NCBI RefSeq assembly: GCF_006345805.1
Contig: NC_043000.1
Span: 92,938,001 to 93,002,000, forward strand
Source: Octopus sinensis
Taxonomy: Eukaryota
Direction: 5' to 3'
Length of the DNA stretch: 64,000 nt
The notes under the pieces were generated by a model. The model was given only the letters and a program-made list of their open reading frames with translations, was not told the origin of the DNA and did not search any database. Positions 13,501-25,717 of this stretch are shown in pieces. Position 1 is the stretch's first letter. Each line of letters begins with the position of its first letter. A program made the translations under genes and the position numbers.

Positions 13501-13917
13501 TATACAAGACTTCAAGGGGGCTACTCATTTGAAATCCAAGTGGAAGCACTCTCTACGAAGTACCTAATAAATAAACAGGATGGTGAAGCCCTGAAACCCT
13601 CAAGATGTAACTGCAAATGTGAATTATGTCACTCTTTTATGGGGATACAACATGTATCCTCAATACTAGGTTCACAAAGAATAAGTCCTGGGGGTCGATT
13701 TGCTAGACTAAAAGGCGGTGCTCCAACATGGCCACAGTCAAATGACTGAAACAAGCAAAAGAGTAAAAGAGTGAAATTGGCTGTGAGAGTAAATGTCTAA
13801 ATGACAATCTGGTGAAACAAGGATTTTCAAGTGAAGAAAGAGACCAGCTGACATGAACTTTACAGATATAATCTGTAAATGGAATAGAAAAATATAATAA
13901 CAATATGCAAGACTTTG

Positions 13918-14144
13918 CTAACCTTTTAGCATTCAGGTTTCTCTGTCCATTGTGTAGCTTATTTATTGATATTGCTTTGAATTAATCATTTATTATCTTG
14001 TAGCTTTGAGATTTCAATAATATGAATGTTTACTTCTAGAATGACATTGTAGGATAGGTGTGAGAGGCTGGATCTGGCTACTATGAACATAAAACAGGTA
14101 GAATATCATGGCTGGATATGGCTAGTTTAAATGCTAAAGGTAAA
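13918..14144. mobile_element. piggyBac-like MITE (~225 bp)
   Basis: Termini CTAACCTTTTAGCATT / AATGCTAAAGGTAAA are degenerate versions of TTAACCCTTTAGCATT. Confidence 0.65.
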
Positions 14145-14149
14145 GATAT

Positions 14150-15240
14150 GTTAAAGATAAACTGTAACGATTGTCTTGTTGTTTGGTACATAAATTAACA
14201 AGAAATTTTAATGGAGTTTTAATTTTGACTGCTTTAACTCCTTTATTCTTTTATTTGTTTCAGTCACTTGACTGTGGCCATGCTGGAGCACCACCTTTAG
14301 TTGAGCAAATCGACCCCAGGACTTTGTAAGCCTAGTACTTATTCTATCAGTCTCCTTTAGATCACTTTAACCCTTTCGTTACTATATTTCTCGTATAATA
14401 CACGGATTTTGATTAAAGGGTTAATCTTGAAAATAGTGAAGAATTTATCAAAATAATTCCATCATTATTAAGATGTTACTTGGTACATAAATTAACATGA
14501 AATTTTGTAGGGAAGCTTATAGCTTATTTTACATTAACACTTCTGTTGTCATATCTCTCTTGAAATACACTGATTTTGTTTAAATTAATTTTAAAAATAA
14601 TGAAGTATTTATTGAAATAATTTCATCATTATTAAGGTGATAAGCAGTACACAAATTAACAGGAAATTTTAATGGAAGATTGTATTTTTGATCACTTTAA
14701 CGCTTCTGTCAGCATATTTCTCTTCAAATACATTGATTTCATATAGATTAATTTTGATAATGTGGAGGCGCAATGGCCCAGTGGTTAGGGCAGCGGACTC
14801 GCAGTCAGAGGATCGCGGTTTCAATTTCCAAACTGGGCGTTGTGTATGTTTATTGAGCGAAAACACCTAAAGCTCTATGAGGCTCTGGCAGGGGATGGTG
14901 GTGACCCTGTTGTACTCTTTCACCACAACTTTCTCTCGCTCTCTCTTCCTGTTTCTTGAGTAACACTGTGATGGACTGGCGTCCCGTCCAGCTGCAGGGA
15001 ACACATACACCACAGAAACTAGGAAACTGGGCCCATGAGCCTGGCTAGGCTTGAAAAGGATGCGAAATGTTGATGATAACGAAGAATGTTTCAAAATAAC
15101 TCCATCCTTATTAAGATGTTAATAGTTACATAAACTTGCATGAAATTTTAAAGGCGAGTTTTTAGATCACTTTAGCACTTTTGTTACCATGTTTTTCTAG
15201 AAATACACTGATTTAAAAAATAATGAAGAATTTATCAAGA
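14150..15240 (+). repeat. Diverged ~165-170-bp tandem array derived from a TTAACCCTTTCGTTAC-type MITE, with two SINE insertions
   Basis: GATCACTTTAAC...AATAATGAAGAATTTA...ATTATTAAG...ACATAAATTAAC...GAAATTTT recurs at ~14360, 14530, 14690 and 15165. Related single copies lie at ~7120, 7820, 8460 and 9130. Confidence 0.7.
14762..15060 (+). mobile_element. SINE family D copy with a well-preserved tRNA-like head
   Basis: GGAGGCGCAATGGCCCAGTGGTTAGGGCAGCGGACTCGCAGTCAGAGGATCGCGGTTTCAATTTCC. Confidence 0.85.
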
Positions 15241-15244
15241 TTCC

Positions 15245-16035
15245 GGCTGTATATATTTCGTTTGTCACTGTTATTTATAACAACCCTAACTCTAAAACTC
15301 TAACCCTAACAAATCCACTCATGGCGACCTGGCAGCTGGAGTCTTAGAGTAGCTGTCCACCGAAGTTCCATATAATATGGGAATGAAAAAGGAAAAGGAG
15401 GAAAATACAATGTTACTAAAACAAAGACACATTCACAAGTAGACAAACAAATGGTTTGATTAGGGTATAATCAATTTGGCAAAGAAACTAAAGAGAAAAT
15501 ATTACGACGATGACCACCACAGATCTACAATGGAAGAATTCACCACGTGTAGTTGAGGGTAAAAGAAATCGTTGAACGACAGTAAGTACGTCCAAAATTT
15601 ATAAAGCAGTGACATACATACATACATAGATACTTGTAGCACACATGTATATACGTGCAGAGTGAAAATAAATCACACTATTTAATGTGACGGACTACAC
15701 TGCAAAAAAATCAAAAATTTTATTTCTGTTTACAAACTTTCTCCGTGTCTATACGCACAAATACTTTTATGTATACACACGCAATATTTAAGAAAAAAGG
15801 AATATACACAAAAAAGAACGAAACATGTGTATATACGCACACAATATTTAAGAACAAGGAATATACAAAAAAAGAACGAATCAAAAACAAATATTTTATA
15901 TTTTACTTTATCGTATTGTTGTTTACATTTTCTGTCTCTACGGATGACCAGAACCAACAGAATCGCCATGGTGAAATCCATAGCGGCGTGCGATAAGACT
16001 GGTCGCTGCTCTAAATAGAACACTGCCCAGAAAAT
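15245..16035. mobile_element. Unclassified CpG-containing interspersed element with (CCCTAA)-like motifs and an internal ~59-bp tandem duplication, truncated by the gap
   Basis: AACCCTAACTCTAAAACTCTAACCCTAAC at ~15283; duplication at 15772-15885; more CpG than the flanks. Confidence 0.35.
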
Positions 16036-16135
16036 NNNNNNNNNNNNNNNNNNNNNNNNNNNNNNNNNNNNNNNNNNNNNNNNNNNNNNNNNNNNNNNNN
16101 NNNNNNNNNNNNNNNNNNNNNNNNNNNNNNNNNNN
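16036..16135. other. Assembly gap (100 N)
   Basis: Run of exactly 100 N, typical of a placeholder for a gap of unknown size. Confidence 0.99.
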
Positions 16136-16171
16136 AAACAAATAAAAGATAAAAGACAATAGATTTAACTA

Positions 16172-16594
16172 ATAGGTGTAGGAGTGGCTGTGTGGTAAGT
16201 AGCTTGCTTACCAACCACATGATTCTGGGTTCAGTCCCGCAGTGTGGCACCTTGGGCAAGTGTCTTCTACAATAGTCTCGGGCCGACCAAAGCCTTGTGA
16301 GTGGATTTGGTAGACGGAAACTGAAAGAAGCCCATCGTATAAATGTATATATATATATGTGTGTATGTGTGTGTGTGTATGTTTGTGTGTCTGTGTTTGT
16401 TCCCCCCAACATCGCTTGACAACCGATGCTGGTGTGTTTACATTCCTGTAACTTAGCAGTTCAGCAGAAGAGACTGATAGAATAAGTACTAGGCTTACAA
16501 AGAATAAGTCCTGGGGTCGAATTGCTTGACTAAAGGCGATGCTCCAGCATGGCCACAGTCAAATGACTGAAACAAGTGAAATATTAAAAGAGTA
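16172..16594 (+). mobile_element. Full-length SINE family A copy
   Basis: Head ATAGGTGTAGGAGTGGCTGTGTGGTAAG...GGGTTCAGTCCC through tail TGACTGAAACAAG. Confidence 0.9.
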
Positions 16595-16619
16595 ACCGAT
16601 GTTTTGACAAATCGTTTGA

Positions 16620-16815
16620 TTATTCAATCAACAGAGTTTAAGATGCCAACTTGAATGGGAAGCATTCATATTTGTCTCATGGAACCCACTTTATGGCGAT
16701 GTAAGAGGAGGAAAATGTCATCACATTTTCATTGATAACTTGATTGCAGACACTGGCCTGGAAAGTATACAGGGCCTTGAGGCTGTGATAGTGGATTGGG
16801 AAGCGTGGCAAGTAG
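16620..16815 (+). mobile_element. RTE-clade LINE ORF2 C-terminal remnant
   Basis: Translates WNPLYGDVRGGKCHHIFIDNLIADTGLESIQGLEAVIVDWEAW, resembling the RTE W.P..G.R.RG...IDxL..DTGL...M.DR..W C-terminus. Confidence 0.55.
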
Positions 16816-17332
16816 ACTTTGGTCAACTGGTACTTATTTTATTGGTCCCGAAAGGATGAAAGACAAAGTAGACCCCAGTGGAATTTGAACTCAGAATGTA
16901 GTGGCAGGTGAAATACCTATTTCCTTACTACCCACAAGGGGCTAAACACAGAGAGGACAAGCAAGGACAGACAAACGGATTAAGTCGAATATATCGACCC
17001 CAGTGTGTAACTGGTACTTAATTTATCAACTCCAAAAGGATGAAAGGCAAAGTTGACCTCGGCGGAATTTGAACTCAGAATGTAGTTGCAGGTGAAATAC
17101 CTATTTCTTTACTACCCACAAGGGGCTAAACACAGAGAGGACCAGCAAGGACAGACAAACGGATTAAGTCGAATATATCGACCCCAGTGCCTAACTGGTA
17201 CTTAATTTATCAACCCCGAAAGGATTAAAGGCAAAGTTGGTCTTGGCAGAATTTGAACTCAGAATGTAGTGGCAGGTGAAATACCGCTAAGCATTTCATC
17301 CGGTGTGCTAATGATTCTGCCAGCTTGCCACT
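16816..17332 (-). mobile_element. SINE family B trimer (one head + three bodies, 181-bp period)
   Basis: GAATTTGAACTCAGAATGTAG(T/G)GGCAGGTGAAATACC occurs three times; only the rightmost unit has the head CTTAGC...CTGCCAGCTTGCCAC. Confidence 0.9.
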
Positions 17333-17335
17333 TTG

Positions 17336-17385
<50 letters not shown>

Positions 17386-17387
<2 letters not shown>

Positions 17388-17470
17388 GGGAAGAGTACAA
17401 CAAAAAGTCAACCACTTGTTATGCATGGATGACCTCAAACTTTATGGTAAAGATAAATCCCAAGTCAGTG
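17386..17470 (+). mobile_element. Tiny R4/Dong-type reverse-transcriptase fragment next to (AAT)n
   Basis: KVNHLLCMDDLKLYGKDKSQ is a degenerate YMDDLKLY catalytic motif. Confidence 0.65.
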
Positions 17471-17544
17471 TACTTTCAGTGGTGATATAATGTAGTCTAA
17501 AATACTTCATTATTATTATGGCTGAGTCCACAGCAACAAGGTCT

Positions 17545-17660
17545 ACTTGCCACACTTCTCGGTCCATCATCACTACTTCAAGGTCCTGGATATGTTCCAG
17601 TCCAGTGTCTGCAATCAAGCTGTTGATGTAAGTGGGATGACATCTTTCTCTTCTTACATC
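17545..17660 (-). mobile_element. Second RTE-clade ORF2 C-terminal remnant
   Basis: Reverse complement encodes HPTYINSLIADTGLEHIQDLEVVMMDREVW, paralogous to 16700-16815. Confidence 0.55.
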
Positions 17661-18036
17661 ACTGTAATGCGTGTATATACACGTATATGTGGTGTGTTAC
17701 ATGTGAATATGTAAGTGAGCCTCTAATAACAAAATCATTGGGCAAATAAGCATTTGACATGCTAGGCTGAAAAAAACGTACCAATCATTGTTAAGACCAT
17801 TTCCTTTTGCAGAGGTATTCTGTATTTCAGATTATAGTCTTCAATGTGTTCTTCCCGTTTTATTTTAGCCTAAACTTATTTGAAAATCATTGAATTTAAA
17901 ATTTTCCAAAACCTCTTCTACAGGGGTTGCATTCTTACAATTCTGTTTGTTATGCTTTAAAGATTCGGATTCAGTTCTTCATTATCTATCTGCTCTCCCT
18001 CTCATACACACACCACACACACACACCACATATATA

Positions 18037-18093
<57 letters not shown>

Positions 18094-18151
18094 ATATGTA
18101 TATATGTATATGTGTATATATATATATATGTGTGTGTTGTGTATGTATATG

Positions 18152-18193
<42 letters not shown>

Positions 18194-18254
18194 GTGTATA
18201 AATACATATATATATATATATGCATGTATATATATATAAATATATAATTATTAT

Positions 18255-18470
18255 TTGAGGGAATAAAATCCAAACTTACAAGGAAATAAATTCAATTTAG
18301 AAATATTAAATCGAATTTCACACAATATAATATATATATAAAAAATTAGAAAACAAACACCTTTCATCTGCAAAAGTAATATGTGACAATTATTCGGTAG
18401 CCATAATAAAACTCTGAGTTTCAGATGCCGAGGTGGAAATCCACACCGCCATCTCTTCAGTTATCGGGCC
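18255..18470 (-). mobile_element. Penelope/retrozyme-like short element carrying a type-I hammerhead motif (18406-18464)
   Basis: Minus strand: auaa-CUGAAGA-[GAUG...GUGG auuu CCAC...CAUC]u-GAAAC ucaga GUU-uuau. Confidence 0.55.
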
Positions 18471-18480
18471 ATTGGTAAAA

Positions 18481-18648
18481 TGTAAGAGTTGCAGAAGATT
18501 CCAAAGTCATCTGGAAGCCAGGGCTAAAGCCAATGGCGATTTTCATAAATGAATTTACTCTTTAGTATTTCAAGATATTTTAATATAATTTCGGTAAATA
18601 TGTCTGTTAAAATGATATATCAATGTTATTTTCATTTTCGCTTAATTT
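18481..18648 (+). mobile_element. 3'-terminal fragment of the same Tc1/mariner family as 18664-19476
   Basis: Near-copy of 19283-19447. Confidence 0.8.
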
Positions 18649-18663
18649 ATATATATGTATACA

Positions 18664-19476
18664 TACAGGGTGCATTGTTTGTTTTTGATTTTGTCATCTA
18701 AATATAGTAGGATCCGTTGGGCACCGTCTGTGAGAAAAACAGTAGCATGAGATGATTCACTCTGTCAAAAATTTGGAAACAAAATGCTGTACTGCTTGAC
18801 AGTCATGCTGGAAATCCAATACAAACATTTCAGAGTGTTTGGGTGTCAATATAAGGACAGTGTAATCTGAGGACATGTACCAAGAGTGATAAAAATCAAA
18901 CATCTAGTCAACATCATGGTGTTTAGAGTGAACACTAGTGATAGTGATGTTATGCTTCCATTCATCTTCTCACACTGCATCACACTCAACACAGAGGTCT
19001 ACATCAAGTGCTTGGAGGAGATAGTGCTGCTCTGGGTAAAGAGGGTGGTTGCTGGAAGGCCCTGTGTCTAGCAACAAGACTCTGCACCATGCCACAAAAT
19101 CAGTAGAACACAGTCAAGGCTGTGAGGCAATTTCTACAACTACATCACTCCCTAACCCCCTTAATTATTATGTGTGGGGCACAGTTGAGCGAGAGACTAT
19201 CAAAACTCCTTCAAACAGCAAAGATGAACTGAAAGCAAGGATTATGACACCATTCACCATCTTAGACAAGGAAACTGTCCAGAAGAGTTGCAGAAGATTC
19301 CAAAGTCATCTGGAGGCTATGGTTGAAGCCAATGGCGATTTTCATGAATAAATTTACTTTTTAGTATTTCAAGATATTTTTATATAATTTTGGTAGATAT
19401 ATCTGTTAAAATGATATCTCAGTGTTATTTTCATTTTCGCTTAATTTAGAGGACAGTTTATTCACCGCCCTCTGTA
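18664..19476 (+). mobile_element. Degraded Tc1/mariner transposon (probably maT/DD37D-like), 5' part deleted
   Basis: Across frameshifts: KHLVNIMVF...PFIF...LNTEVYIKCLEEIVL.WVKRVVAGRP..QQDSAPCH...NPLNYYVWGTVERET...DELKARI...CRRFQSHLEAMVEANG. Right end CACCGCCCTCTG-TA. Confidence 0.85.
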
Positions 19477-19573
19477 TATATATATATATATACTTGACTG
19501 CTATTTCTAATTTTTCGGTATGCGGCCAGGCAGCCCTTTTATTTATATATATATATATACACACACACATATG

Positions 19574-19629
<56 letters not shown>

Positions 19630-19632
19630 ATA

Positions 19633-20707
19633 TATATATGGGTACTTTCTCTTTAAGTTCATTCTGCTACACTAATAGCAGCAGGAATGTAATTCTTTTA
19701 TTCTCTAGTTCTGATGAAAAATTTGGTAAAGAAATTATAATGGAGTATCCTGTATGTTAAAAACCTATATTGTCTTATGCATCCAAGGAAGGCAGTGTAT
19801 TTCAAATTGATATAATGCTTGCATTAATTGATTAATAGAAGCCATCTGAAACAGCTGTAATGCATTAATACCTTGATATCCTTGTTACTTTATTGCTTTA
19901 TATATATATATATATTATTATTTTTATTTTATATTGAGGGTACTACTATTCATAGATACCAACACGCTAAGAGGGACCAATGCGGTCAAAACTACTAAAA
20001 ATAAACAAAATTTTACCGAATGCAAAACTTCAAAACACATCATTTTAAAAAACCGCATTGGTCCCTCTTAGCGTGTTGGTATCTACGAATAGTAGTACCC
20101 TCAATATAATATAAATGAATATTTTCAAAAAGGAAGAATTTACGGATTTTTTCTCTTACGAGGTTTTTCACGCTGACTACTGATAATTTCTTGAAAAGAT
20201 TTTATCCTCAATTGTTAATTTATATTTTTCACCGGAATAGTTCAATACTGAATTTTTATTCCGACTAGGCAATTTGTTACCGAAATGCATTGCGAAAAAG
20301 CCCGCCATTTTCATAGATATGTAAGGATAAACATTCGTACATGCTACGACGAATTTACGGTTGGCTATCGAGTTTGTAATGTTATGTTTTTTTCTTATAT
20401 TTCTTGAGTTTGTTGCACTGACGAACATGAAATGCATATTCTGCATTAAATGCGAAATCACATGTGATATGTAACTGAATTCTTTTTAAAATGATGTGTT
20501 TTGAAGTTTTGCATTCGGTAAAATTTTGTTTATTTTTAGTAGTTTTGACTGCATTGGTCCCTCTTAGCGTGTTGGTATCTACGAATAGTAGTACCCTCAA
20601 TATAATATAAATGAATATTTTCAAAGAGGAGAATTTACGGATTTTTTCTCTTACGAGGTTTTTCACGCTGACTACTGATAATTTTTTAAAGATTTTATCC
20701 TCAATTG

Positions 20708-20767
<60 letters not shown>

Positions 20768-20771
20768 CACA

Positions 20772-20807
<36 letters not shown>

Positions 20808-21872
20808 GGTACTTTCTCTTTAAGTTCATTCTGCTACACTAATAGCAGCAGGAATGTAATTCTTTTATTCTCTAGTTCTGATGAAAAATTTGGTAAGAAA
20901 TTATAATGGAGTATCCTGTATGTTAAAAACCTATATTGTCTTATGCATCCAAGGAAGGCAGTGTATTTCAAATTGATATAATGCTTGCATTAATTGATTA
21001 ATAGAGCCATCTGAAACAGCTGTAATGCATAATACCTTGATATCCTTGTTACTATTTGCTTTATATATATATATATATTATTTTTTTATTTTATATTGAG
21101 GGTACTACTATTCATAGATACCAACACGCTAAGAGGGACCAATGCGGTCAAAACTACTAAAAATAAACAAAATTTTACCGAATGCAAAACTTCAAAACAC
21201 ATCATTTTAAAAACCGCATTGGTCCCTCTTAGCGTGTTGGTATCTACGAATAGTAGTACCCTCAATATAATATAAATGGAATATTTTCAAAAAGGAAGAA
21301 TTTACGGATTTTTTCCTTACGAGGTTTTTCACGCTGACTACTGATAATTTCTTGAAAAGATTTTATCCTCAATTGTTAATTTATATTTTTCACCGGAATA
21401 GTTCAATACTGAATTTTTATTCCGACTAGGCAATTTGTTACCGAAATGCATTGCGAAAAAGCCCGCCATTTTCATAGATATGTAAGGATAAACATTCGTA
21501 CATGCTACGGACGAATTCTACGGTTGGCTATCGAGTTTGTAATGTTATGTTTTTTTCTTATATTTCTTGAGTTTGTTGCACTGACGAACATGAAATGCAT
21601 ATTCTGCATTAAATGCGAATCACATGTGATATGTAACTGAATTCTTTTTTAAAATGATGTGTTTTGAAGTTTTGCCATTCGGTAAAATTTTGTTTATTTT
21701 TAGTAGTTTTGACTGCATTGGTCCCCTTAAGCGTGTTGGTATCTACGAATAGTAGTACCCTCAATATAATATAAATGAATATTTTCAAAGAGAAGAATTT
21801 ACGGATTTTTTCTCTTACGAGGTTTTTCACGCTGACTACTGATAATTTCTTTTAAGATTTTATCCTCAATTG

Positions 21873-21916
<44 letters not shown>

Positions 21917-21960
21917 ATATATATACATACACATACCACACACACACACATATATATATA
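19633..21960. repeat. Near-identical ~1.17-kb tandem duplication containing a fold-back/direct-repeat module
   Basis: Units start at ~19640 and ~20808 (GGTACTTTCTCTTTAAGTTCATTCTGC) and differ mostly by single-base indels. Confidence 0.9.
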
Positions 21961-22292
21961 TAAGCAATAAGAAAATAGAGGGGATCAATAGGTGGTTCAT
22001 CAACTTTTAGACATTATACTATGTTAACTTATTTATTTATTTACTAAACTGACAATTACAATAATATACATACATATTTAACATATTATGCTTTACATAT
22101 AAGATATAAAATATATTAATATATAATGATATCAGTAATTATTACAAAATAACATACAGGAATATAAATTGGGAAAATAACTTACAGCTGTTTCAGCCAA
22201 GAGGTAAAAATACCTCATTCTACCTTTATTAATCAAGTAGACTGAAGTAATGTACCTCAATTTCATCTACCTATTACTTATATATATATATC

Positions 22293-22339
<47 letters not shown>

Positions 22340-22379
22340 AGAGAGAGAGACAGACAGACAGAAAGATAGATAGACAGAC

Positions 22380-22430
<51 letters not shown>

Positions 22431-22544
22431 GCATAGATAGATAGATAGATAGATAGATACATACATACATATCTGTACATATGTAATTAATATAACATAA
22501 GCATACATTACTTACACTCATGCTGATGGATACTTTATTTACAA

Positions 22545-22575
<31 letters not shown>

Positions 22576-24303
22576 AATTAGTCTATGCATTGTTAACTAT
22601 GACCTTTCAAGTATTATTTTCATTTTTACATTTGTGCTACTTCTGTTATAAAGTTGTTTCAAAAGTTTTCATTGAATCAAGAGCTGTATGTAGTCTTAAT
22701 TTTTACACATACATTTTACTGAAGATTTTAATGAAATTTGAAAGGAAAATTTTTGAAAAAACCTGTTAAATAAAAGGAATACTTTAGGGTTCCTGATTAT
22801 ATATTGAAAATTAAGCAAAATGTTTTTAAGATTTAATAATGTTAGCATTATTCCTACAAGCACTATTTAACCACAAACGTAGCTTATAAACGTTTATAGT
22901 TTTCTTCTGTCGTATTGTTTCTTTTACGGCTTGTATGTTAAGTTTTATTTTATTCTTTGGTTTATTTTCTTGTATTATTTCTTTTTTTACGTTACTTTTG
23001 CTCTCATGTTTGTTTTTCCTGTATGAAATGTTGTGTATTAATTTTATGGTGATTGCTGTATGTGTGTGAATGTGTGTTTTGCCTTTGTGTTTTTAATTTT
23101 AAATTATGTATGTTTTATGCTTGTTCGTTAAACACAGGCAAAGGAATTCTCTGTTTTGAAATATCCCAAAGCAACTGAGAAGAACATATATGAAAGTGTA
23201 AAAAGAAGATAAAACAGTTTCAAGAAAATCGACAACAAGAATATTGATGATGATGATGATGATGATGATAGTAACAACTATTATTAATATCTCATGATAT
23301 AAATAGCAATGATAAATATGCAGACTAAATGTAGGTCTCAGATATACATATAAACATTTGAAAATTTATATACAAAGAAAACCTTCTTACAACAAATTAA
23401 CATTCTACATAATCATAGCACATGTGATGCCAGATGTATCTTTATAAAGCATATTTACGGCAGATTACATTTGCCACTAGCATTTCCCTTTTACTGACCG
23501 TAACTGACTATTGTAGTTTGGCATTTTTAACTTAGTAAATGGTTTTACAGTCAATATCTATATCTGTATGGTTCTTAAGAATTACAATGCTTAACTGTAA
23601 AAGGATGCAAAATAACAAATTCTATGATATTTAATTTGATATTTTTTCTCATCAGGTTTTGGTTTTAGTTTTTACTATTTCAAATTGAAATGATATTGAG
23701 AGTTATCAATCAATTATTGATTAAAATATGATTAATTGAAGATCATATTCATGAATTTAAAACTGAATATGGATAACATAAGACAAAGAAGAGATGGAAA
23801 GAAAATAATTTTCTAAGTGATAAGTTCTCATAAAATGAAAGAAGTTTTCACATCTCATATTGCAATTGAACTCAAATTGAGGTGTTTTATAATAACTATT
23901 AAAAAAAAAAATTTTAATTTACATTGAATTCAATAATGATATTTCAAAATTTTTTAATTCGTTAGAGTTCATGTGTTTATCGATAAATTTAGCCTTATTT
24001 TGAAGACCATTCTGGAATACTATGTTAGTATGGTTAAAGTTTTTATGCAAGTTATCACTGATTGAAAAACGGTTCAATAATGGCAGTCGATAGCAGGATA
24101 AGTACACTAACAGGGAAAAAAAATGCTCTCCAGTTATTAACTATATCTCTATTTTCAGTTCACATTTCATTGTAGTCATCTTTACTTTCTGTCACTCTGG
24201 GGTTGAGGAAATGAAATACAACTCAAATACTCAGATCAATTCAGTTGATAGTGAGTGTATACAATTATGTAAGTATATGCATTCATGCACACATGCACAT
24301 ATG

Positions 24304-24401
<98 letters not shown>

Positions 24402-24479
24402 TGTGCTTGTCTACATTTCTTCTCTGAAAATCACTCAGTTACAGGCAGTGACTTTGATGTCAATTCCTCTGTCAACAGA

Positions 24480-24900
24480 TTCTAGGCTTAAAATTGATGA
24501 TGTTGCAACCAGATTTTGTCACACCGCTTGGTCTTTTGCTTTCCTTTGTGAGTCAGTAACCCAGCTGACAACTGATCACTATGGCATCTTGTCTGGTTGT
24601 CATTATCATGAATGTATCAAGAGCAGGTTTACTTGGTGGTGCCCATTCCTCTCCAAATTGTTAGTTACAATCATATGCCTCTACCTAAGGCACATCTTGG
24701 CCTAGAACACTTGGCCTTTGACTGGAGCAGGTTCCTCCATTTTAGCCAGTGACTACTTAGGAATCCTTACCTGATGTCCTTCACTTACTGATGCAGTGTT
24801 CACATCATCACCAGGGGAAGAGAGATATCAGGGTGTGGCATTAGGAGCCATTAAAATGATGTCTATCACCAAATCCCTGACAAGGTGCAGCTACAAGACA
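24480..24900 (-). mobile_element. Highly degraded LINE remnant, probably RTE-clade 3' end
   Basis: Minus strand gives GKQKTKRCDKIW, resembling the R.RGRQK.RW.D.I motif; otherwise many stops. Confidence 0.35.
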
Positions 24901-24944
24901 CCATAGGTACTATCTCTATTCAAAGCCCCGGACAATAATATTGG

Positions 24945-25155
24945 TTTCAAATTTTGGCACAAGGCCAGTAATTTCAAGAGAGTGGTTAAATTAATTTACA
25001 TTCACACCTGTGCTCAACTGGTATTTATTTTATCGACCCCAAATGGGTGAAAGCCAAAGATGACCCCAGTAGAATTTGAACTCAGAACATAGAGACAGAT
25101 GAAATACTGTTAAGCATCTAGCCTGGTGTGCTAACAATTCTACCAGGCCTCCACC
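24945..25155 (-). mobile_element. SINE family B copy
   Basis: TTTCAAATTTTGGCACAAGGCC...TTTATCGACCCC...GAATTTGAACTCAGAAC. Confidence 0.8.
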
Positions 25156-25529
25156 TGCCCCCAACAATAATATCCCAATAATAGTACAATCACACACATC
25201 AGTAATAATCTACATCAATATCTTATGGACTGAAATGTCCAATGAAAATAATGCTCAAACTATTTTGCTGTTCTCTTCAGCATTTATGTTTAATCCTTGC
25301 CTACAAGAATACACCAAGCAGGAACCTCTGTATAGTAAAAAAGAGAACTATCAACTTCTTAGAAATTCTACTTACATATATTGTGAAGTCTTTCTCATAT
25401 TTCTGAGAGAAAATAATGTTTAGCATCATCTCCACTTTATGTTTACATTTCTATACTGTCACGGGTTAGATGTAATATTGAGGCAGTGTTTAATGCTTGG
25501 ATGCCCTCCCTTTTATCAAACCTTTTAAT

Positions 25530-25674
25530 TACATGCAGGTACACAACATGCCTACTCCATAAGTGTACATATACACAGATACATACACATACACATATAT
25601 ATATATACACATGCATACATATATAAATATAGATACATACATCATATATATAGATACATACATCATATATATAT

Positions 25675-25717
<43 letters not shown>

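Noticed and set aside
23700-24110. Possible Penelope-like ORF remnant
   Set aside because: Too degraded, with no diagnostic motif.
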